In this document: positions 12,228-20,000 of the stretch, piece by piece
How positions within the stretch are numbered: the stretch's first letter is position 1
Layout of the letters: every line of letters starts with the position of its first letter
From: Trichoplax sp. H2
Taxonomy: Eukaryota
DNA length: 20,000 bases
Assembly: GCA_003344405.1 (NCBI GenBank)
Contig: NOWV01000103.1
Coordinates: 247,841 to 267,840 of the forward strand
Direction: 5' to 3'
The notes under the pieces: generated by a model
Told to the model about the DNA's origin: nothing
Seen by the model: only the letters and a program-made list of their open reading frames with translations
Database searches by the model: none
Translations under genes and position numbers: made by a program

Positions 12228-13404
12228 CTAATATTAAAATATTACTTTGATTAATTGTCTCATTCTATTTTAGGCAAGGTATGTACTTTATTGAAAGTTT
12301 AAGGAGCCAATTCCTATTTATACATAAGTGAAAATTTAACTAATCAAAGCTCATAAAGAGAGAATGAATACAAGTCTATTGCTAAGCTTTGCAGAATCAG
12401 TAATTATTCATACTGTAGTATAATTTAATACACTATAGAATAAGGGCGAATTTACAATCGGAGATACTCATGTCTCCTGTAAAGCTCAAATTCTGGAGAT
12501 TTTTTTCCATCATTGGATACCATCGCAATCGATTTACTTTCCTATACTAATCTCAGTAAAATTCCAATACAAAACAATCTACTACTTCGCCCATAGAGTA
12601 ATTGCGTAGGCATCAATTAGAGTAACTTTAAATATTATTTTGGCGAAAATAGCACTATCTACGGTATAGTTTCATCGAAGAGTCTGTACAGCGCGAACAA
12701 ATAAGCATTCTTATCGGTAGCGTATTTTAGATTTTGTAATCTAAAATAAAAGATAAGTTAGTAATTTCTGTTTAATGAGTCAATTTATGACAAAGATTTC
12801 TATAAGCACGACGGATATCAAATCTTTTACTACTCTTGTATGCATATTTACTCATCAAATCATCAACTTTAACCCATAAAATGCAAACTCTAAATTGACG
12901 GAATGTACTGATGCTAAATACTTATTTATAAAAGGATTTAAGCCTACATGAAAAAATAAATATGCATACTCAGTATGCTATATATAAAGATGGTTCATCA
13001 TTAGTTTTTTGTTTAGTTATAAGAAACATTAATCTTTAAAAAATGAGTAAAATAGCACGCAAAAATGAAATAACAGTAGTTTTTTACTATTCTTACGCTA
13101 GGTTAGTACATTATTCTTGAGCGTTATCAACTGCATATATTTTGTGATTAAACATTAACGCTTGATATTACTATTTGCGTTCATAAAATTGCACTTTATG
13201 GTGTATTTCATAAACTCATCCACTGAAATGTAGGATTATGGTATACCAGTTTTATTGTCATTTCGTATGATTGGGTAGTAGTACAAATACATACAATTTG
13301 TATTTGGTGGTATTTTATGATAAGCATAAGTAACAGTTTCTCATATAATATCACATCAATACATTATAGATAATTAAATGATTGTAAATTAATTTCGTGT
13401 TATA

Positions 13405-13587
13405 ATTGTAGACTATTAGCCATGTTTAGTATGATGTACGGTGGTGTCTTTCTATATTTATCGTATGATATATTTAGTAGCTCATAATTATAAACTGTAA
13501 GGATAGACTCTATGCTAGAGTACGGATGACTATATACAGTAATTTGTTGAGCTACTAATAAGGCTAGAGGTAGAAATAGAATTGTAA
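13405..13587. other. Conserved, hairpin-forming intronic element (copy 1, gene A intron 1)
   Basis: Shares a 28 bp identical block (ATTGTAGACTATTAGCCATGTTTAGTAT) and an 18 bp identical block (TATGCTAGAGTACGGATG) with 19267-19457. Nested inverted repeats lie at 13474-13484/13548-13558, 13494-13499/13535-13540 and 13507-13512/13516-13521. Confidence 0.8.
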
Positions 13588-13965
13588 AACATTTATTAGG
13601 ACATGCTTATTTCATTGTGCTTTGACTAGTAGGAATAATGTCCACGTAAATACTGTAATCATTTCTATATTAGATTAATGAGGGTTCGCTGTAAAATATT
13701 GTGACTAATAATAAACTGAATACGGTGTAAAATATGGTAGAATGCTGCTATGCGGATTGTAGCTGCGAAGGGTACGAAGAGTATAAAAGCAGGAGACATT
13801 AGATTATCTGATTATTCTTTCTAGAAGTCTTTCGGTAGTTGTATTCGGCTAGAGTAGAGCTGTATGTAGCTAGTCTTTGTATTATAAGTTCTAATTTTCT
13901 ACAACTTTGGAACTTTCATGATCGGATTTTATCACAATGATCTATTGGTAAGATTTACGACTTAC

Positions 13966-14031
13966 AAAAGAACAGGAAGAGGACACGATAGCCATCAAGA
14001 TTAAGAACGAGATCAGTAATTTCTTGTCCAT
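13966..14031 (-). CDS. Gene A coding exon 1: signal peptide
   Basis: ATG at 14031 (context aaagcATGg) encodes MDKKLLISFLILMAIVSSSCSF, with a basic N-region, hydrophobic core and small-residue C-region. It is followed by a phase-0 donor |gtaagt at 13965, in frame with exon 2. The spliced CDS is 552 nt, giving 183 aa. Confidence 0.85.
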
Positions 14032-14040
14032 GCTTTCAAT

Positions 14041-14075
14041 CTGCAGGATAACCTAACCGAAGAAAAGTGAGAGTA
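14041..14075 (-). other. Probable splice acceptor of a 5'-UTR intron of gene A
   Basis: The minus strand reads ctctcacttttcttcggttAG|gttatcctgcAG|attgaaagcATG: a polypyrimidine tract plus two AGs just upstream of the start codon. Confidence 0.45.
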
Positions 14076-15813
14076 ACATTTAAAGAAGAAAACAGCGTAT
14101 CTTTTTATGGATTAAAATGAAATTTTCGACTTCGACCTTTTAGCAGTAGATGTTTAGGTGAATTAAGGTAATTTTCAATGACGCCAGGCAGGAGATATCA
14201 GCTATTTTGTTTTGTCAGATTAGTCTACTGGAAGATATGGAGACAGCGTAAATTCGAATTGCTCCTAGTAGTAAAATACACAGTGCAGAGTGATCGACAA
14301 AACAAAAGTAAAGTCTTAATATAGGTAATTGGTGGTAATTTGTTGATCCATCAATATCAACGGAAATGAACTGATTTCGGTGCATTCTTTAGAAGAGGAA
14401 TTAAATAAAGAGTAGAATAATAGAATTCATTAACCTTTCCTATGTTATATTATTAAACAGATCAAAGTCCTCTACTGCTTGCTGTTAAAAGAAAACAAAC
14501 GAAATTTGGACGGTCCAATGAAAATCTAATTAGCATTCAATGTCACGATATCGGATGAAAATTAAAATAAACCATAATTTAATAATTCTTTGCAAACCAG
14601 TTGGAGATCAAAATACCAAAATAAAACTACGTTGTATTAGTCATCGTGAAGCCTTCGATTGTGATGTATATGTATAGTATATTAAGATTGCGCTGTAACT
14701 CTAACTTGTTCTTAAATATGGGTACTTTCATGTTGTTTTAAATGTGGATATAGCTTGTTACGCTGAATTATTTATAGCAGTTACAGCTTTCGTCATTTTC
14801 TACAATTATTCGAAATTATATAATCTATCATGGTATATGATGTATCTAGTTCTACAATTTCGTTCCCTACATGTGCTCTATCCTTCGATGAATACTAATA
14901 ATTTCTGCCTCAGATTTAGTTAGTTGCAATAGTCAGTGTTCACCATTCTCAAGTTATTTCACCTTAGTTTATATGGTGATCTATAGAAAATACCATATCA
15001 TACGCGATCACAATCTACTATAAAGTACCCAGATTTCATTGAAGTTTTTTATGTAATTTTCTGTATGGCAACTAATAAGTCTGCCGCTGACTCATCGAAC
15101 CCCGATTACATTAAAACATGGCTTATGTGGGGTAAAGAGCATAAGGTGAAGAAAGTTTACACGAAAATTGGAGATCAAATAGTCAATCAAAATCAAACCA
15201 ATGATACTAGTACCACATTAGAATACCTTACTCCGATTATAGTGAAGGTTTTTATATTTCTCCAAGTAATATGTGTTCATTTGAGCAATATCGCTTCCGG
15301 ATCTTGCGATATTCTCACTAATACTACGTTCAAGATTCGTATTTTACGACAACATTGTAATCTTTTGATCACCGTCCATATTCAATTATTTGTATAAATA
15401 ATATAATACTGTTCGTACAGTACTTGAGTAGTCTCATCATCAGCTACTATTAAATACGAGTTAATCTGCTATAGCTATATAACGCAATATCGAGTAAAAA
15501 ATAGAATAATAGTACAGGTATCTCCTGGTTTTATAAGAATATACCGTATTTGTTCAAACTCTTACATCTACTATCCATGATAACATACGTTAATAAGGAT
15601 AATAATGACCTTGTAATTAGAGTGATTTAAAATTGATTCACTGAGGCTGCTACCTTCTAACTCCTTATCATAGATCCTTTTCTGAGTTCCTCATTTATTT
15701 ACCTTGTTGCATCATTATCTCATTTGACAATGAGATATATATCGCGAATTTACAGAATCTCGTTCAAGGTTGAATAACTTAGTATCATGATATTCTCTAC
15801 TCGGCCCTTTTAA

Positions 15814-15983
15814 TGGAATAGTTTCATTCCATGATTTCGTTGAGTTGGTCGTAGGGTTATGATTATTCGGTAGACTACCCCTGTCGCAAGTTAGTCTGAC
15901 TAGTAAACAATTATCTTTATAAGACTTTCACACGCACTGTGGTGTCATTGATATCTTGCCATTCTGTTTAAAAATACACTAAT
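15814..15983. repeat. 170 bp segment duplicated across the assembly gap (copy 1)
   Basis: 168/170 identical to 16135-16304, with differences at 15959/16280 and 15962/16283. Confidence 0.95.
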
Positions 15984-15992
15984 GAATAGATA

Positions 15993-16114
15993 CTAGTGCA
16001 AACTCCCGTCGCTTTGCTGACGGTTTACGATAATGTGCTCATTTAACAGATAGTATTACCATTTGATAGACCTGTCAGACGTTCAGTAACTTTTTACCGT
16101 TATCCGTGTACTGT
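15993..16114 (-). mobile_element. Helitron-type 3' terminus, truncated by the gap
   Basis: The minus strand ends ...CCGTC-A-GC-AAA-GC-GACGG GAGTTTGCA CTAG|T. This is an 18 nt GC-rich hairpin (16006-16023), a 9 nt spacer and a terminal CTAG followed by T. The segment is absent from the second copy of the flank. Confidence 0.65.
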
Positions 16115-16134
16115 NNNNNNNNNNNNNNNNNNNN
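16115..16134. other. Assembly gap (20 N)
   Basis: Run of 20 N. Confidence 1.
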
Positions 16135-16304
16135 TGGAATAGTTTCATTCCATGATTTCGTTGAGTTGGTCGTAGGGTTATGATTATTCGGTAGACTACC
16201 CCTGTCGCAAGTTAGTCTGACTAGTAAACAATTATCTTTATAAGACTTTCACACGCACTGTGGTGTCATTGATATCTTGTCACTCTGTTTAAAAATACAC
16301 TAAT
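16135..16304. repeat. 170 bp segment duplicated across the assembly gap (copy 2; probable alternative haplotype or empty site)
   Basis: Begins immediately after the N run and is 168/170 identical to 15814-15983. Confidence 0.95.
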
Positions 16305-17255
16305 TATTATTATTTCATTGACTATACTCTTTATTGCAATTAATTAGTTAAAAATTACCCAAACTATAGATTAGATATTACTATCCATATTTATATTTTG
16401 CAGCAATAAATAGAGTTAACATTTAACCTTGGTTGGAATGCTATTTTGTTCGTTCATATAGGATGTAAAATTTTTGTGGGCATACATCAATTTCCATGCC
16501 TCGATCTGTATTCGAAATGACTTTCACATTATTGGAGTAGAATTAGCCATTGCAAGGGAGAATGAAGCATTAATATGTCCTACGTTGCCACAATTTTGTT
16601 ACTAAAGATAAATTTCTACTAAATTAATATGACTAAATAAAATATTGGCAGAGAGAAGATCAGAGATAAATTGCGTCAAATCTTTGATTCCTCTGATATT
16701 GCAAAGAATAAGAAGAAGAATTCAAGGCTTATCTAGTGGATTGGAAAATCTCGGTCAAAAACTCATACTATACTAGTCCAATAATAATCTTAGACAGGAG
16801 TACCTCTTTATTGTAAATATCGTCATATCTTGTTACGTTAAGAAATTGGAAGCAAATGCGCTATGGTACTATGATGCTACAATATTCAGCTTGAAAGATT
16901 GCGCTATTTTAGCGGCTTTGTTGCTAGAAAGCGAGATAATATGCTTCAGTGCCTGCAGGCTACATTGAATAGTTGGTTAATTAATACAGATGATCCAAAG
17001 ATTATGAACTGTCCATTGAATGTCGACGAACAGTTCCATCTATACAGGTAATAAATAAAATATAGATAAGAACACTAAGAGCTGTCGTTATTATAACCAG
17101 TACCAAAAGTAATGGATAATATTTCTTAATTAATGGTCTAAAAATTACCATGTTATAACAAGAATAAGAGTATACGAGTACTATAAAAAAGTGAGAGACT
17201 ATTATCTATCTTCAATCTAAACAGTTACAAATATGACCGAAATGACGTTTTTCAA

Positions 17256-17512
17256 TTATTGGCATTCCCATTTCCAATACATATAGCAACCACCTCCTCG
17301 ATTATCTGTATCATCTCTATAGTATTTTATATAGCCTGGGGATGTAGACCAATATGAGCAAGTATTTTGATAATCTTGACATTGATCATGCGGTCCTGTT
17401 GCGTGTAGACAAACTCGACAGCGTCTGATAAATTCCTTACTTTTAGCATCAATTTTTGCATATAATTGAGTGATGCGATGATTTATCTTAACGATTTGTT
17501 TTGGTATATATC
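17256..17512 (-). CDS. Gene B last exon (intact): coiled-coil end plus 6-Cys domain, paralogue of gene A exon 3
   Basis: Acceptor tttctttgctcattatag| at 17513, with the same phase and the same 257 nt length as gene A exon 3. It translates (G)YIPKQIVKINHRITQLYAKIDAKSKEFIRRCRVCLHATGPHDQCQDYQNTCSYWSTSPGYIKYYRDDTDNRGGGCYMYWKWECQ*. The first residues of ORF 17256..17525 are intronic. Confidence 0.88.
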
Positions 17513-18174
17513 CTATAATGAGCAAAGAAAGAAAGGAATGGCATCATCTAAAGTCAAATCATAATGTTTTTACTACTAATGGATGAAGAATTCTATTGAG
17601 ATGATACCAATGAAGAGTACGGTATTGCCTGTTTACCAATTAGGAGGATGATAAGATAAAATATGCCATCAAACCCTTAAAGTCTTCAAAACTTAAAATC
17701 TCAGCCTTTAATTGCATTCTTAGATTACTAATAACATCGATATTGAATTACTATGGCTCGATTAAGACTCTATATTGAATTAGTTGACGAAATATCTTTT
17801 AATTGGCTAATGCAAATACTAAAAACAAGTGTATTTTTATACCCGTATTAATACAGTATATCAAGATGAAATTAAAATATCGTATTCTTTCGCCACATTT
17901 GAATCCTTACGATATATGTGTAGCTTGACATTGGAAATTTAGAAAATTATCTTGATTTTTGATTTAGCCATTGAATTACACGCTTAAATAACTTAATTAT
18001 AGAAATACTGTTGCTGATTTCCTCGATGCTATAATTGCTAACTGATAAAATTGCTAGTAAGCATTATTGCTTAGGATTGCAATTATTTGGCTAACGTTAT
18101 TTAGTTACTATTTGATAATATTACAAACTAAGCGTAGTGTATTTCCGTATTCGTAAAGCTGTGACATGTATAAT

Positions 18175-18216
18175 AGTATGGTTTCGTATTTCTTTCGTTA
18201 ATTTTGAAACTTGATT
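18175..18216 (-). pseudogene. Probable displaced continuation of gene B exon 2
   Basis: NQVSKLTKEIRNHT aligns ungapped with gene A exon-2 residues 42-55 (EKVSIMSKSVTSNT). It resumes exactly where the upstream piece stops and keeps the heptad register. The match is short, so it is uncertain. Confidence 0.5.
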
Positions 18217-18698
18217 TGGATAATTGCTGCTGATCACAAGCTTTTTGTAAAGGTCGCAAAACTGCGCTATACAGTTAACTCTTGCACTCACAAAGCGAGA
18301 TTAAGGGCATTGATATTTTGAAGTATCATTGCGTTAGTGAATTACAATTTATTGCATGCATGGTATATGCAGGAGTATAGGTGACTGGGTATGGTAACAA
18401 AGTGCTAAAGTATTATGATAATCAATCTTAGACTTAATCTAATTTTTGATCATTAACATTTCAAATTTTAAATTCTTTTTTAATCTTGTGGGCACGATGT
18501 TTGTAAATTTGATGGCCTAAACTCCAATCTAGTATAAATTGTAGATATTCAGAAAATGCAAATATTATTGTCACAAAACAGCTTTCGTGATCGTTCCTAA
18601 ACTATCTACTACAATTCCCCGGCTAACTCTAGAGATCCTCAGTAAAGGAAAACTAACTTATTCCTATAGTATAGAAATCGAGTCCAACGATTGGTTTA
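18217..18698. mobile_element. Putative ~480 bp insertion or rearranged segment interrupting gene B exon 2
   Basis: Lies between the two exon-2 pieces and supplies the TAA stop. It contains an inverted homologue of the region around 10887-10911. No terminal inverted repeats or clear target-site duplication were seen. Confidence 0.45.
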
Positions 18699-18821
18699 TT
18701 GAAGGAGATTAACTTTTATTGTTAGCTTGCGAATTTGACAACATAAGTCGCACGAGAATTTATCCTTTTTTCCACCATCATTTGCTGACGATATTTTAAT
18801 CACTTCGTTATTTATCTCACC
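18696..18821 (-). pseudogene. Gene B exon 2, 5' part, ending in a premature stop
   Basis: Acceptor taattctag| at 18822, phase 0. GEINNEVIKISSANDGGKKDKFSCDLCCQIRKLTIKVNLLQ* is colinear and ungapped with gene A exon-2 residues 1-41 (identical N4, D20, L26, I30, K32, L33, K36, V37, L40, Q41), followed by TAA at 18698-18696. Confidence 0.75.
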
Positions 18822-19266
18822 CTAGAATTATTATAACGAAATTTGTTAGCTTTTTAATTATTTATCACTTATAAAGATATTCATCTAGATTATAATGATA
18901 AAAATAAGCCAAAATTTTAGTGGTTAGATTAGCTATGAAAACAGCATTTAAATATGCTGCTATCTTAATTTCTATCTTCAGTTACATATTATAGTAAAAT
19001 AACATAGAAATGTTGGAATTGAATATTATATCGACGATTAATAAGGTATCAGTGTGTATGATAACAATATATTCGTAAATAATGCAAAATTTGAAAATGA
19101 ATTGATATTGATCATTAATAAGATGCTAATATGTATTAGTATTTAATCTAGTTTCTATCTTCGATTTTACATATATTAGCGAAGAAAGCAGAAAATTGGA
19201 AATAAAATACTTTTGACTACTTATAACATGTTTGTGTGTATCATTGTAATGTATCTTAGTATTGGG

Positions 19267-19457
19267 ATTGTAGACTATTAGCCATGTTTAGTATTGATGT
19301 AGGGTAGCGCGACTTTCTATATTTATCTTAAGACATATTTAGTAGCTTATGTCCGTAGGCTATAGATGCTATAGATTCTACAGTATGCTAGAGTACGGAT
19401 GGCTATATACGGTAGGGTATCGAGTTACTAAATTCAGAGGTAAAAAAAGAACCGTAA
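19267..19457. other. Conserved, hairpin-forming intronic element (copy 2, gene B intron 1 position)
   Basis: Homologous to 13405-13587, in the same orientation and the same position relative to exon 2. Stems lie at 19338-19348/19422-19432 and 19353-19357/19408-19412. Confidence 0.8.
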
Positions 19458-20000
19458 TCTTAAAAAAAGATTTTCCTAAATGAGATTAGCGATGATTTAA
19501 CTAATAGAATCGCAGTACATTGTAATAGCGATCTTTAGGGTATAGTTTCTTTCACCAGAATTGTAATTTAATTATAAGATCCATTGAAATGTGCTGAATG
19601 AAATGTGTGTAGTTAGGATCAGCAAGAATAAGGTTAGCCGAAATCTTAAAGGTTTCCTTCATTAAGATGGGAATGCAATATCCTTATCATTTGCTAGAAT
19701 GGGCATCATGATGCAGTTTAAATTTGCTACGAATAACTATCGTAAGGAAAGTTTTGGACTTTGAAATCGCCGAAATGGGAAGCAGATGCTAGTCTCAGAG
19801 ATTTTGAAAGTATTTTTATTAAAGTCATTTAAACACAAACGGAGAAAGATCATTTAAATCAAATATAATGCACTATTTCGTACTTGAATCTTAAATTTAC
19901 TTTTAGTTCATACTAACTATGATGTAGTAGGTAAAATAACAACAAGAAAACAAAATTAATATGAATATCGTTCAAGATATGAAACTCTACTTGTGTATGA

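Noticed and set aside
12723-12748. Short perfect inverted repeats (TATTTTAGATT/AATCTAAAATA; others near 7930-7968, 13285-13306, 15287-15313, 15716-15737)
   Set aside because: They are AT-rich, short, not shared between the paralogous units and expected at this base composition. Bacterial terminator logic does not apply.
15065-15397. 110 aa plus-strand ATG ORF (MATNKSAADS...)
   Set aside because: It is the longest ORF but has no recognisable family, no paralogue in the duplicated unit and no supporting exon chain. It cannot be excluded without RNA-seq or a homology search.
16890-17047. Possible plus-strand exon (cag|LERLRYFSGF...EQFHLY ag|gtaata)
   Set aside because: The frame is open with plausible splice dinucleotides, but the acceptor tract is weak, there are no neighbouring exons and no recognisable homology.
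17945-18000. IIKLFKRVIQWLNQK as a possible third fragment of gene B exon 2 (vs RIKAADKSVLLINQQ)
   Set aside because: It needs two gaps in 15 residues and has no matching donor, so it is indistinguishable from chance.
18935-18994. Signal-peptide-like MKTAFKYAAILISIFSYIL* on the + strand near gene B
   Set aside because: Wrong strand for gene B, ends in a stop, and the nearby GT is in the wrong phase. Hydrophobic translations are common in T-rich DNA. Gene B exon 1 was not found in the window.

Overview
AT-rich eukaryotic (intron-containing) genomic DNA, probably from an invertebrate animal. A placozoan-like genome is a guess from composition and gene style only. Bases ~700-10700 appear gene-free and hold several degenerate ~120-135 bp tandem duplications. 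The right half carries two tandem paralogues on the minus strand, which the ORF track captures only in fragments. Gene A has three coding exons (14031-13966, 12227-11999, 11316-11060; 183 aa). It encodes a signal peptide, a long heptad coiled coil and a C-terminal 6-Cys domain (CRVC...QCQ...CSxWS...YRDDTDxRxxGCYMxWKxEC). That domain resembles, from memory, the C-terminal accessory domain of invertebrate MACPF toxins such as perivitellin-2 67 kDa, but no MACPF domain is present here. Gene B keeps an intact last exon (17512-17256), but its coiled-coil exon stops prematurely and appears split by a ~480 bp insertion. Both genes share a conserved, hairpin-forming ~180 bp intronic element. Between the genes, a 20-N gap is flanked by a 170 bp near-identical duplication, and one copy carries a Helitron-type 3' end; this is probably a heterozygous insertion. 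No tRNA, rRNA, CRISPR or prokaryotic features were recognised.
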